Assembly: GCA_035309945.1 (NCBI GenBank)
Contig: DATGEQ010000035.1
Span: 4,292-68,291, forward strand
DNA length: 64,000 nucleotides
Direction: 5' to 3'
DNA from: Gemmatimonadales bacterium
GTDB lineage: Bacteria > Gemmatimonadota > Gemmatimonadetes > Gemmatimonadales > GWC2-71-9
Below the pieces are notes generated by a model. It searched no databases, was not told the DNA's origin, and saw only the letters and a program-made list of their open reading frames with translations. The translations under genes were made by a program, and so were the position numbers. Positions 7,950-16,850 of the stretch are shown in pieces (within the stretch, counting starts at the first letter, position 1; the number at the start of each line of letters is the position of its first letter).

Positions 7950-8094
7950 GGTCACCGGATGGGTGGCCGATGCGGGATCCGACGCAAAGTCTTCGGCCGC
8001 ATGTTCACCGGGCCTGAACCGGTATGGGAACGCGAAATCCGAAGACCTCCAGCCCTCGCTCGTCTCCAACTATGAGCGGGGGCTGACGTTTTTT
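7950..8094 (+). ncRNA. Candidate ~145-nt structured small RNA or cis-regulatory leader (family not recognised)
   Basis: Predicted +1 near 7950 coincides with hairpin 7950-7968. Long hairpin 7989-8046. Ends in an intrinsic terminator. Confidence 0.4.
8050..8094 (+). terminator. Intrinsic terminator
   Basis: 12-bp stem CAGCCCTCGCTC/GAGCGGGGGCTG (one G-U), followed by ACGTTTTTT. Confidence 0.75.
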
Positions 8095-8136
8095 CACGCA
8101 CGATTCAACGGCAATTCACGGCCCAGGTGCGAGGTT
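8093..8136 (+). promoter_or_regulatory. Candidate hsp20 promoter with three 11-bp phased TTCA repeats
   Basis: TTCACG 8093, TTCAAC 8104, TTCACG 8115. GAGGTT (xAxxxT) at 8131, the same offset as at 7938. Confidence 0.45.
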
Positions 8137-8181
8137 TGATCGGCTGCAGAACCTGCCCGATTCTCACAAGGAGGTAACATC

Positions 8182-8661
8182 ATGTTCGGAGTTACTCGCA
8201 GAACCCGCGACCCCTGGGCCGAGCTGCTCTTCAATCTTGAGCGCCGCATGGGTCGTATGCTCAACGAGCCGCTCACGGGGTATGAGTGGCCGCTGGGCGA
8301 GGTGACCACCGCCTGGACGCCGGTGGTGGACATCTTTGAGGAGCCGGAGCACGTGCGCATCGTCGCGGAGATCCCGGGTGTGAAACCCGAGGCCGTGAAG
8401 ATCCTCGTCGAGAACAATGTGCTCACGATCCAGGGGACCAAGGAGCAGTTCGCCGAGGAGAAGGCCGAGAAGATCCATCGCTATGAGCGGACCTACGGAG
8501 CCTTCGAGCGGAGCTTCACGCTCCCCACCACGGTTGATGCGGAGCACATCAAGGCCAGCTACGAGGCTGGCGTGCTCACGCTGATTCTCCCCAAAGTGGA
8601 GAAGGCGAAACCGCGGGAGGTGAAGCTCGAGGTTGTGCCCGAAAAGAAGCTGAAAGCCTGA
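8182..8661 (+). CDS. Hsp20/alpha-crystallin small heat shock protein
   Basis: PVVDIFE..AEIPGV, ER.YGAFERSFTLP, ASYEAGVLTLILPK. Strong SD AAGGAGG. Confidence 0.95.
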   Translation: MFGVTRRTRDPWAELLFNLERRMGRMLNEPLTGYEWPLGEVTTAWTPVVDIFEEPEHVRIVAEIPGVKPEAVKILVENNVLTIQGTKEQFAEEKAEKIHRYERTYGAFERSFTLPTTVDAEHIKASYEAGVLTLILPKVEKAKPREVKLEVVPEKKLKA

Positions 8662-8681
8662 TCACCCGCGGGCACAAGACA

Positions 8682-8716
8682 GCCCCCGCCGCGCAAGCGA
8701 CGGGGGCGCTGTGTTT
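8682..8716. terminator. Hairpin terminator between convergent hsp20 and DUF2892 genes
   Basis: GCCCCCG-c-CGC-GCAA-GCG-a-CGGGGGC stem with a GCAA tetraloop. Confidence 0.65.
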
Positions 8717-8722
8717 GACGCT

Positions 8723-8920
8723 TCAGCAGCTGCTGATACCGAATAGCGTGTATAACGGGCACATCCGAAACAGCGCGGTGCCGAGGAAAATCAGGCCGAT
8801 GAAGCCGACGGCGAGAGCAACGAGCGGGCGGTCTTGCATGGCCGCCGAGTTCAGCAGCAGGACGATGCCGACGAAGCCACGAACGCGCGCATCGCGTAAT
8901 CCGACGTTTCTGGATGACAT
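8723..8920 (-). CDS. DUF2892/YgaP-like small membrane protein
   Basis: MSSRNVGLRDARVRGFVG...GTALFRMCPLYTLFGISSC (N.G..D..R and CPLY motifs). Confidence 0.85.
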   Translation of the reverse strand: MSSRNVGLRDARVRGFVGIVLLLNSAAMQDRPLVALAVGFIGLIFLGTALFRMCPLYTLFGISSC

Positions 8921-8926
8921 GGGGGC

Positions 8927-8970
8927 AATGTCGCATCGGCACTGTGAACCACGCCGCAATGGATGATGAA
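8927..8970 (-). promoter_or_regulatory. Candidate promoter of the DUF2892 gene with 11-bp phased repeats
   Basis: Minus strand: TTCATC (8970), TTGCGG (8959), TTCACA (8948). GACATT 16 nt after the last repeat start, then 6 nt to the ATG. Confidence 0.45.
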
Positions 8971-9179
8971 TTCCTCTTCACGTCCCGGACGCGCCTACGC
9001 GTTATGCGAGCAGCTACAGTGATGCCGAGCTCGACGACTGGGCGGCGCGGATTCGGCGGGGGCTGGAACACGGACGCGACGTCTACGTTTATTTTGACAA
9101 CGACCCACTCGCACACGCGCCGCGGAACGCCCGCGCGCTCTCGACTCGCCTGGGAATCGTCACCGATGGAAGAACGTAA
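8970..9179 (+). pseudogene. C-terminal remnant of a DUF72 (YecE-like) gene
   Basis: Frame not in the ORF track: LHVPDAPTRYASSYSDAELDDWAARIRRGLEHGRDVYVYFDNDPLAHAPRNARAL...TAA 9177-9179. It is bounded upstream by in-frame TGA 8967-8969 and has no start codon. Confidence 0.75.
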
Positions 9180-9600
9180 CGCAACCGTTGCCTGTCCATT
9201 CTGCCAGACGCTGAACCGCGTGGATCTCGCGCGGCTCGAACAGCACCCCAAGTGCGGCAACTGCGGCAGGCCGATCCTGCTCGACCGTCCTGTCGCGGTA
9301 TCGGACGAGAACTTCCAAACGGTTACGACCGACACGACCGTGCCGGTGCTCGTCGATTTCTATGCGGATTGGTGCGGGCCCTGCAAGATGATGGCGCCGT
9401 TGCTCGACGATGTCGCGCATCGCCGCGCGGGCGAGATGCTCGTGCTCAAGCTCGATACCGACCGCAATCCCGCCACCCAACAGCGCTTCGGGGTGCGCGG
9501 CATTCCGACGCTGATCGTCTTTCGGGGCGGCAAGGAAGTGGCACGCCGCGTCGGCGCCGTCCCGCCGGCCGAGCTCGACGCCTTCCTGAAGGAGATCTAA
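9166..9600 (+). CDS. trxC: Thioredoxin 2 with N-terminal zinc finger
   Basis: CPFC...CGNC zinc-finger pairs and WCGPC active site. Start placed at ATG 9166. Confidence 0.92.
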   Translation: MEERNATVACPFCQTLNRVDLARLEQHPKCGNCGRPILLDRPVAVSDENFQTVTTDTTVPVLVDFYADWCGPCKMMAPLLDDVAHRRAGEMLVLKLDTDRNPATQQRFGVRGIPTLIVFRGGKEVARRVGAVPPAELDAFLKEI

Positions 9601-12344
9601 CCGGCGAGCTGCCGCAGCACGTACTCCAGAATCCCGCCGTGCTTGTAGTACTGCAGCTCCTGCGGTGTGTCGATACGCACGAGCACCCGGAACGGCGTCG
9701 CTTTCCCTTCATCCGACGTCGCCGTCACGCTCAGCTCCTTCGGCATGTCGCTCAAGCCCACGATGTCAAAGCGCTCCTTTCCGGTGAGCCCGAGCGCGGC
9801 CGCGTTCTGACCCGGCATGAACTGCAGCGGCAGAATTCCCATGCCGACGAGGTTGGAGCGATGGATGCGTTCGAAGCTCTCGGCGATCACCGCGCGCACG
9901 CCCAAGAGCCGCGGACCTTTCGCCGCCCAGTCGCGTGACGAGCCGGAACCGTACTCCTTTCCGGCCAACACGATCAGCGGCGTCCCGTCCGCGGCATACT
10001 TGAGCGACGCGTCGTAGATCGTCATCACCTCGCCCGCGGGCAGATGGGCCGTGAACGGCCCCTCGGTTCCCGGCGCGAGTTGGTTCTTGAGCCGGACGTT
10101 GGCAAACGTGCCGCGCACCATGACTTCGTGATTGCCGCGGCGCGCGCCGTAGGAGTTGAAGTCGAGCGGTTGCACGCCATGATCGATCAGATACTGGCCC
10201 GCCGGACTCGTCTTGCGAATCGAACCCGCGGGCGAGATGTGGTCCGTGGTGATGCTGTCGGCCAGCAGGCACAGCACCCGCGCGCCACGAATGTCGCGCA
10301 CTGGCCCGGGCTGCGCCGGCATGCCGTCGAAGTACGGGGCGCGCCGGATGTACGTCGACGCCGGCTCCCACGCGAAACGATCGCCCTCGGGCACCGGCAG
10401 GGCGCGCCAACGCTCGTCGCCATCGAACACCCGGGCGTAGCTCTTGCGGAACATCCCCGATTGAATCGAGCGGCCGATGACGTCGGCCACTTCTTTCGTG
10501 GAGGGCCAGATGTCGCGCAGGAATACCGGCTTGCCGTCCTTCCCTTTGCCCAGCGGCTCGTTATGGAAGTCGATGTCGATCCGGCCGGCGAGCGCGTATG
10601 CCACCACGAGCGGCGGCGACGCGAGATAGTTCGCGCGGACTTCCTGCTGAATCCGTCCTTCGAAGTTGCGGTTCCCCGACAGCACGGAGCACACGACCAG
10701 CTCGCACTCGCTGATGGCATTGCTGACGACTTCGGGCAGCGGCCCCGAGTTGCCGATGCACGTCGTGCAGCCGTAACCGACGAGATGGAAACGCAGCGCC
10801 TCGAGCGGCTTCATCAGGCCCGCCTGCTCGAGATAGTCCGTCACCACCTTCGAACCGGGGGCGAGGCTCGTCTTCACCCACGCCTGCGTGTGCAGGCCGC
10901 GCTCGACCGCCTTCTTGGCCATCAGCCCCGCGGCCACCATCACGGAGGGGTTCGACGTATTCGTGCAGCTCGTGATCGCGGCGATGACGACCGACCCGTG
11001 CTTGAGCACGTGGTCGACGTCGTCGATCCGGATGTTCGCATGCGAGGGACGCGGCGGCATCAATCCCGCCTGTCCGCCCTCGCCCTCCCAGCGGCCGAGC
11101 GGCGCCGCGCCTGCCGAAGCCGCCGCGACGACCGCCGGCGGCGTGGTCGGCTTCATCAAGGTAGGGAGTGCTTCGGCGAACGTGGGCGGGACTTCGCGAA
11201 GACCGACACGATCTTGTGGCCGTCGCGGTCCCGCCATGCTGGGCTCCACAGTGGCGAGATTCAGCTCGAGCGTGTCGGTATAAACGGGATCCGGGGCATC
11301 GGGCGTGTGGAAGAGTCCTTGTTCCTTCATATAGGCCTCGACCAGCCGCACATGCTCGGCTGGGCGCCCGGTGAATTCGAGATAGCGCAGCGTCTCCTGA
11401 TCGACCGGAAAGACGCCGATCGTCGCGCCGTACTCGGGCGCCATGTTGCCGATCGTGGCGCGATCGGCGAGCGGCAGAGTGGCGACGCCGGGACCGAAGA
11501 ACTCGACGAACTTCCCGACGACTCCCTTCGCCCGCAGCATTTGCGTCACGGTCAGGACGAGGTCGGTTGCGGTCGCGCCTTCGGTGAGACGGCCGTTCAG
11601 CCGGAATCCGATGACCTGCGGAATGAGCATCGAGACGGGCTGGCCGAGCATCGCTGCTTCCGCCTCGATGCCGCCGACGCCCCAGCCGACGACGCCGAGA
11701 CCGTTGATCATCGTGGTGTGAGAGTCGGTGCCAACAAGCGTATCGGGATAGGCCTGGGAATCGTTGGTGAACACGACACGCGCGAGATATTCGAGATTCA
11801 CCTGGTGTACGATGCCGGTGTCGGGCGGCACGACCTTGAATCCCGTGAACGCTTTTTGCGCCCAGCGTAGCAGCGCGTAGCGCTCGCGATTGCGCTGGAA
11901 CTCGAGATCGGCATTGACCTGGAACGCGCGCGGCGTGCCGAACTCGTCCACGATCACCGAATGGTCGATCACCAGCTCCGCGGGCAGCAGCGGATTCACG
12001 CGCCTGGGATCGCCCCCCATTTTTGCGATGGCGTCGCGCATCGCCGCGAGATCGACCACCGCGGGAACGCCCGTGAAGTCCTGCAGCAGCACCCTGGCGG
12101 GCATGAACGCGATTTCCTCGTCGGGGAGCTTCAGCGGCTCCCACCGCGCGAGTTTCTCGACATCCTCGGCACGCACGACCCGGCCATCTTCGCGGCGCAA
12201 GAGGTTCTCGAGCAAAATCCTGAGTGAATAGGGCAGGCGGGCGATGGACAAGCCGCGTCGCTCGAGGGCATCGACTCTGAAGATCTCGTAGGAACGCGCC
12301 CCTGATTTGAGCGTGGCGCGACTGCCGAAGCTGTTCGTACTCAT
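9597..12344 (-). CDS. acnA: Aconitate hydratase AcnA
   Basis: [63 protein letters not shown]. Confidence 0.98.
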   Translation of the reverse strand: MSTNSFGSRATLKSGARSYEIFRVDALERRGLSIARLPYSLRILLENLLRREDGRVVRAEDVEKLARWEPLKLPDEEIAFMPARVLLQDFTGVPAVVDLAAMRDAIAKMGGDPRRVNPLLPAELVIDHSVIVDEFGTPRAFQVNADLEFQRNRERYALLRWAQKAFTGFKVVPPDTGIVHQVNLEYLARVVFTNDSQAYPDTLVGTDSHTTMINGLGVVGWGVGGIEAEAAMLGQPVSMLIPQVIGFRLNGRLTEGATATDLVLTVTQMLRAKGVVGKFVEFFGPGVATLPLADRATIGNMAPEYGATIGVFPVDQETLRYLEFTGRPAEHVRLVEAYMKEQGLFHTPDAPDPVYTDTLELNLATVEPSMAGPRRPQDRVGLREVPPTFAEALPTLMKPTTPPAVVAAASAGAAPLGRWEGEGGQAGLMPPRPSHANIRIDDVDHVLKHGSVVIAAITSCTNTSNPSVMVAAGLMAKKAVERGLHTQAWVKTSLAPGSKVVTDYLEQAGLMKPLEALRFHLVGYGCTTCIGNSGPLPEVVSNAISECELVVCSVLSGNRNFEGRIQQEVRANYLASPPLVVAYALAGRIDIDFHNEPLGKGKDGKPVFLRDIWPSTKEVADVIGRSIQSGMFRKSYARVFDGDERWRALPVPEGDRFAWEPASTYIRRAPYFDGMPAQPGPVRDIRGARVLCLLADSITTDHISPAGSIRKTSPAGQYLIDHGVQPLDFNSYGARRGNHEVMVRGTFANVRLKNQLAPGTEGPFTAHLPAGEVMTIYDASLKYAADGTPLIVLAGKEYGSGSSRDWAAKGPRLLGVRAVIAESFERIHRSNLVGMGILPLQFMPGQNAAALGLTGKERFDIVGLSDMPKELSVTATSDEGKATPFRVLVRIDTPQELQYYKHGGILEYVLRQLAG

Positions 12345-12733
12345 TGTTGCAGCACCTTCACGGCGACAATGAAGTACTCGGTTTCACCGAAGCAGGTCGT
12401 CGGGACGCCCACGTGCTGTTGATAGGTCAATGCGACGCGCCTGCCCAGCGACTGATTGATCTGCTGCGCCACCACGTCGTCTCGCACGGTGAAGTAGAAC
12501 TTCTCGGGATTGGTTCCGGGCATGGACACCATCGCCAACTCCCCTTCCCAGGTCTTACACAGCCATCCCTTCTTCGAAAACTTCTGCACAAAGCCGGCGC
12601 GTTCCCCTTCGGAGTAAGTCCAGTTGAGGGCCGACCAGGTGTACACCACAAAGATCAAAATTGGCGTCAGCAGGATGCCGGCGAGGATGAGCTTGCGCTT
12701 GCGGGTGAACTGAAAGTTCAGTTTGAAATTCAC
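12341..12733 (-). CDS. Conserved hypothetical protein with one TM helix
   Basis: N-terminal TM segment, then [27 protein letters not shown]. Stop overlaps the acnA start. Confidence 0.75.
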   Translation of the reverse strand: MNFKLNFQFTRKRKLILAGILLTPILIFVVYTWSALNWTYSEGERAGFVQKFSKKGWLCKTWEGELAMVSMPGTNPEKFYFTVRDDVVAQQINQSLGRRVALTYQQHVGVPTTCFGETEYFIVAVKVLQQ

Positions 12734-13257
12734 GGACGGGAATCTACCTCGTACGTTTCAGTGCGATAAGGCGTGAAGCCGCGCGCGAGGTAATTCGGGA
12801 GCGCGTTGGGATGATCGAGCGTGCAGGTGTGCAGCCACACGCGCCTGGGATCCAACGCCCACGCATCTCGCACGGCGCTCGACAGCAGATGCTTCCCGAA
12901 GCCGCGCCCGAATTCCGCGGCGACGATGCCGAAGTAAGCGATCTCGACGGAATCATCCTCTGCCACGCGCCGCAGCTCGTACCAGCCGGCGAGATGGTCC
13001 TGCGCGCGCCCGCGCCCCCTCTGGTTCGCGACGAAGAGCTGAATGGCTGGATCCGCGAGATGCTGCGCGATCTGCTCGTCGGACCAGTCCCAGCGGTCGA
13101 ACCAGTGAAACGCCTCGCCGACCGCGCGATAGCACGTGCGGTAGAGGTCCGGTGAGGGGTCCGGAACCGGGGCGATCGCGATGTCCGGAAAACTCCCGAA
13201 TGCGGCCTTGAACTGATCGCGATCCTTGAGTTCTAGATACGTTCGAGTCGCTTGCAT
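12730..13257 (-). CDS. GNAT-family N-acetyltransferase
   Basis: EIAYFGI...GRGFGKHLL (acetyl-CoA motif A), VWLHTCTLDHPNALPNY. Start placed at ATG 13257. Confidence 0.88.
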   Translation of the reverse strand: MQATRTYLELKDRDQFKAAFGSFPDIAIAPVPDPSPDLYRTCYRAVGEAFHWFDRWDWSDEQIAQHLADPAIQLFVANQRGRGRAQDHLAGWYELRRVAEDDSVEIAYFGIVAAEFGRGFGKHLLSSAVRDAWALDPRRVWLHTCTLDHPNALPNYLARGFTPYRTETYEVDSRP

Positions 13258-13269
13258 ATCTTTTGCACC

Positions 13270-13629
13270 ATGACCTTCAATAAACCGGGCACCGTCCCCC
13301 TGCCGCTCGCGCTCCACCTCGCAACATACACCGTGATTGGCCTGTTCTGCGCCTTCGCGGGTGGACTGAATCTGATCGATCCGACGAAAATCATTCCCAA
13401 CGCGGTCATCTTCCTCGGCCTCACGGTCTTCAGCTGGGGATACGTATTTGGGATCCTGATGGCCCGGAAGGAAGCGCTCGCGCTCGGATTCGTGGCGAGC
13501 ATCGCGTACATCGCCGCCGGGCTGTGGCAGCTCGGCCCGCATTGGGCACTGGGGGCGCTCCTGCTCGCCATCGGCGTGTATGGACTCGCCGCCCTGGCGC
13601 TCTACCGCCGGCAGATCCTGGAAGCTTAG
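13270..13629 (+). CDS. Small 4-TM membrane protein
   Basis: Four hydrophobic segments, coding-like codon use. Confidence 0.6.
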   Translation: MTFNKPGTVPLPLALHLATYTVIGLFCAFAGGLNLIDPTKIIPNAVIFLGLTVFSWGYVFGILMARKEALALGFVASIAYIAAGLWQLGPHWALGALLLAIGVYGLAALALYRRQILEA

Positions 13630-15557
13630 CCGATCACGTCGTCGCGGACGGGCGCCGCCGGCAGCTCGACGACGAAGCGGGCGCCGCCCAGCGTTCCGGA
13701 GTCTTCCAGCCAAATCCGCCCGCCGACCTCCGCCACCACGCGCTGACAGATCGAGAGCCCGAGCCCCGAGCCCTCGTCGGGGCTTTTGGTCGTAAAGAAC
13801 GGATCGAAGATCCGGCTCCGGACGTCCGCCGGAACGCCCGGACCCGAATCCTCGACGGTCAGGCGCACCCAGTCGCCGCGCGCTTCCGTCGCGAGCTCGA
13901 TCACGGCGTTGGGCCGCCCACGCACGGCGTGCTCCGCGTTGGTCACGAGATTGATGACGACCTGTTGGAGCTCCTGGCCGAGGCCGAGTACCGATTCCGC
14001 CGCCTGGTCCATGCGCGTGCGCACTTCGATGTTGTCGGCGCGCAGCACGCGCTGGCGAATCTCGGCGACGTCGCGCACGAGCTCGTTGAGCTGAATCCGC
14101 ACGGGTGTGATGTCGGCGCGCCGGGCGAGGCGCAATAGGCTGCGGACAATGCGGGCGGCGCGATCGACTTCCCGCACGATCGTGGCGGCGGCGGTGCTGG
14201 CTTCCTCGTCCTTGGTCGAACGGCCCAGCAGCTCCGCCTCCATGCGGATCGCGGCGAGCGGGTTGTTCACTTCATGCGCCACGCCGCTCGCAATTTCACC
14301 GACCGTGGCGAGCTTCTCGCGCGCGATCAGCTCGCGCTGCGCGCGCAATTCGTCCGTGCGATCGTAGAGCGCCACCAGCAAATCCTGCGAACCCAGCCCC
14401 CGCAGGTCGGTGACCGTGCAGTCGCAGATCCGGCGATCGCTGTGCTCGCGGGGCTGCGTGACGAGCACGCGTCCGTGCCACGGCTGGCCACCCTGGCGTC
14501 CCGCCAGCATGAGACGGACGGTCAGGCCACTCGGCGACAGGCCGAGTTTTTCCAGATGGTGGCCGATCGCGGCTTCTTTGTTCTCGAGTCCAAAGATGTG
14601 GATCGCCGCCTCATTGACCTGGCGTACCATCCCGCCGGTATCCACCAGTGCCATCGGCAGGGGGCTGGCGTCGACCATCGCCCGCGCGCGATCGGCCGCA
14701 GCGCGCGTGGCGGCCACAGCTTCCGAGAGCTCGATACCGCCGGCTATGTGCGCGGCCACCGCCGACACATAGTGCAGGTCCTGGAGACTGAATGGCGGGA
14801 CGGTCGCCGCGTCCGCGCCCTGATAGCGAAGCAAGCCGACCGCTCCGACCGTCCCCTGCGAGATCCGCAGCGGTGCCATCAAGGCGGCGCGGACGCCTTC
14901 CGACATCTGCAGCGCGATGGGGCTCGCGTCCTCTTCGGTGCGGAGATCGGCCGTTACCAGTGGCTCGCCGGTGCGCACGACTCGCCCTGTCGCACTGTTT
15001 TCGATTCCGAGGATCATGCCATTTACGGCAGACGCGTCGCCGAGGGCGGGTGAGATGAGCAGATTCTGGCCGTCCGGCTGCTTGAGTGCGACAAACGCTC
15101 CTTGCGCCTCGACCAGCTCCATCAAGCTCTGGAGCGTGTAGCGCAGCAACAGCTGTGTCTCCGGCGCCGCGAGCAGCCAGCGCGCGAGCTCGACGACGAA
15201 GCTGCCGAGCCGGCGCTCGCGTTCGAGCGCGGCGCGCCGGCCCACCATGACGGCGAGGCGGGAGGAGAACTCGATCGCGGCCTCGAGCTCGGAAGCGGGA
15301 AGCGCCGGCGGGGCACCGGCGAGATGCGCTTCGACGTGGCGACCCTCGGGATCGCGCCACTCGACGGTCAGGCTCCGGCCCGTCCGGTCATCCGCGCCGG
15401 CGCTGACGCTGCCGCCTTCGTTGATCCCCTGGTAGCGAATGGCGAGTCGAGCGCCCCCCGCCCAATCGCTCAAAATACGGGCGGCGGCGCCCCAAAACTG
15501 CGCCGATCGCTTCGCGTCACTGGCTTCGCGCAAGAGCGCCTGCAAGGCATCGCGCAT
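13626..15557 (-). CDS. Cytoplasmic GAF/PAS sensor histidine kinase
   Basis: H-box GVAHEVNNPL, N-box QVVINLVTNA, DSGPGV, FDPFFTTK, GSGLGLSI. Upstream GAF- and PAS-like segments. Confidence 0.93.
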   Translation of the reverse strand: MRDALQALLREASDAKRSAQFWGAAARILSDWAGGARLAIRYQGINEGGSVSAGADDRTGRSLTVEWRDPEGRHVEAHLAGAPPALPASELEAAIEFSSRLAVMVGRRAALERERRLGSFVVELARWLLAAPETQLLLRYTLQSLMELVEAQGAFVALKQPDGQNLLISPALGDASAVNGMILGIENSATGRVVRTGEPLVTADLRTEEDASPIALQMSEGVRAALMAPLRISQGTVGAVGLLRYQGADAATVPPFSLQDLHYVSAVAAHIAGGIELSEAVAATRAAADRARAMVDASPLPMALVDTGGMVRQVNEAAIHIFGLENKEAAIGHHLEKLGLSPSGLTVRLMLAGRQGGQPWHGRVLVTQPREHSDRRICDCTVTDLRGLGSQDLLVALYDRTDELRAQRELIAREKLATVGEIASGVAHEVNNPLAAIRMEAELLGRSTKDEEASTAAATIVREVDRAARIVRSLLRLARRADITPVRIQLNELVRDVAEIRQRVLRADNIEVRTRMDQAAESVLGLGQELQQVVINLVTNAEHAVRGRPNAVIELATEARGDWVRLTVEDSGPGVPADVRSRIFDPFFTTKSPDEGSGLGLSICQRVVAEVGGRIWLEDSGTLGGARFVVELPAAPVRDDVIG

Positions 15558-15604
15558 GCGGGCTCGAATATAGGGAATTGGGAACCACGCGGCGTTGCAA
15601 AGGC

Positions 15605-16609
15605 ATGACTACGACTACCAGCCCGCAGCCGTCTCCCGCTCCCATGACCAATTCCCCCGACAGTGAGCTGCTCGACGCCTACTCCCGCGCAGTCAGCGGC
15701 GTCGTTGATCGCGCCGCTCCCGCCGTCGTCAGCGTAGAGGTGCACCATCGCCGTCGCGGCGCACCCGCGTCTCGCACCGAGCAGGGCCACGGCTCGGGAT
15801 TCGTCTTCACACCCGACGGCTTCATTCTCACGAACAGCCACGTGGCCCACGGCACCGTGAGGACCGATGTGGCATTTCCGGACGGCCGCCGCCTGCGTGC
15901 CGAGCTCGTCGGCGACGATCCGGAAACTGATCTCGCGGTGCTGCGCGTGGACGCGTCATCGCTGGTCGCCGTGCCCCTCGGTGATTCGGCGGTGCTGCGG
16001 GTCGGGCAGCTCGTCATCGCCATCGGCAATCCGCTCGGATTTCAGAGCACGGTGACCGCTGGCGTCGTCAGCGCGCTCGGCCGCTCGTTCCGGTCCGTGT
16101 CGGGGCGCCTGATCGACAACGTCATTCAGACCGATGCGGCGCTCAATCCCGGCAATTCCGGTGGGCCGCTGCTCGACTCGCGCGGCAACGTCATCGGCGT
16201 CAACACCGCGGTGATTCTTCCGGCTCAGGGCATTTGTTTTGCCGTCGCGGTGAACACCGTGAAGCTCGTCGCCGGCCAGCTGATCGCGCACGGGCACGTG
16301 CGGCGCGCGCGCATCGGCGTGGGCGGTCAGAACGTCGCGCTGCCGCGCCTCGCGGTGCGCGCGCACCGCCTGATCCAGCCGAGCGGCGTGCTCATCACGA
16401 CGGTCGAGAGCGGCAGTCCCGCGGCGCGCGCCGGTCTCGCGCCGGGCGACATCATCGTCGCGTTCGACGGTCAGCCGGTGCACGGCATCGACGATTTGCA
16501 CCGCTTGCTCACCGGCGAGCGGATCGGTGCGGCCACGACCATCGCCGCCGTGCGCAAAGCGGAACGGCTCGAGCTGCCGATTACGGCGGCAGAGAGCGCG
16601 AAACCGTAG
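15605..16609 (+). CDS. HtrA/DegP-family S1C serine protease with PDZ domain
   Basis: [30 protein letters not shown]-terminal PDZ. Confidence 0.95.
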   Translation: MTTTTSPQPSPAPMTNSPDSELLDAYSRAVSGVVDRAAPAVVSVEVHHRRRGAPASRTEQGHGSGFVFTPDGFILTNSHVAHGTVRTDVAFPDGRRLRAELVGDDPETDLAVLRVDASSLVAVPLGDSAVLRVGQLVIAIGNPLGFQSTVTAGVVSALGRSFRSVSGRLIDNVIQTDAALNPGNSGGPLLDSRGNVIGVNTAVILPAQGICFAVAVNTVKLVAGQLIAHGHVRRARIGVGGQNVALPRLAVRAHRLIQPSGVLITTVESGSPAARAGLAPGDIIVAFDGQPVHGIDDLHRLLTGERIGAATTIAAVRKAERLELPITAAESAKP

Positions 16610-16637
16610 CTGTGACGCACGCGTGACACGGCAGGTG

Positions 16638-16667
16638 TTGACCTGGAACGACCGCTGTTTGTACCAT
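16638..16667 (+). promoter_or_regulatory. Sigma70-like promoter
   Basis: TTGACC-N18-TACCAT. Predicted +1 falls on ATG 16675. Confidence 0.5.
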
Positions 16668-16674
16668 TCGTGCC

Positions 16675-16755
16675 ATGACGAGCTGCGCCTGCAATCGCAA
16701 GATCAACATGCTCCACACCCGGAACGGGACGTGGGAGGGGGAGGGCGGGCGCTAG
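16675..16755 (+). CDS. Candidate 26-aa leaderless leader peptide ([26 protein letters not shown])
   Basis: ATG 7 nt after the -10. It lies upstream of a terminator and the HAD gene, and its last codons are complementary to the terminator 5' arm. Confidence 0.4.
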   Translation: MTSCACNRKINMLHTRNGTWEGEGGR

Positions 16756-16790
16756 CTGAAACGATGCACGTTGTTGTAAACGCACAGAGC

Positions 16791-16820
16791 GGCCCGCGGC
16801 ACAATGCAGCGGGCCTTTTT
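16791..16820 (+). terminator. Intrinsic terminator/attenuator upstream of the HAD gene
   Basis: GGCCCGC-g-GCA-caa-TGC-a-GCGGGCC followed by TTTTT, 30 nt before ATG 16851. Confidence 0.65.
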
Positions 16821-16850
16821 GTTGCGCGGCCGTCAACGAAGGGAGCTGGG

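Noticed and set aside
7911-7975. Purine riboswitch suggested by TTTCTAC and flanking hairpins
   Set aside because: Junction lengths, P1 and loop consensus do not fit. The segment is better explained as a promoter.
7975-8046. c-di-GMP-I/GEMM riboswitch call from GACGCAAAG
   Set aside because: The upstream GCAAA and GNRA-capped P1 hairpin are absent. Kept only as an unassigned structured RNA.
8050-8085. XRE helix-turn-helix-like peptide SLVSNYERG in one frame
   Set aside because: It coincides with the terminator hairpin, has no SD, and the rest of the HTH is missing. Likely chance.
7950-8094. 6S RNA, SRP RNA, TPP or cobalamin riboswitch
   Set aside because: Only short partial strings match (CCTGAACC, GGGAA, GAAGACC). 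The defining motifs and lengths are missing.
8137-8184. ROSE thermometer, CIRCE or HAIR element before hsp20
   Set aside because: No U(U/C)GCU anti-SD motif, and no TTAGCACTC or CTTGAGT inverted repeat.
8914-9165. 83-aa N-terminal extension of trxC in the ORF track
   Set aside because: The real coding signal here is the DUF72 remnant in another frame. The TrxC zinc finger begins right after ATG 9166.
10044-11870. Long plus-strand ORF (608 aa), and similar ones at 35490-37208, 37362-39218 and 61034-62101
   Set aside because: Antisense shadows of acnA, gltB and the amidohydrolase caused by GC-rich codon usage. No motifs.
16612-16627. GTGAC direct repeat at 11-bp spacing, possible CRP or Pho box
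   Set aside because: Only two short copies and no palindromic TCACA half-site.
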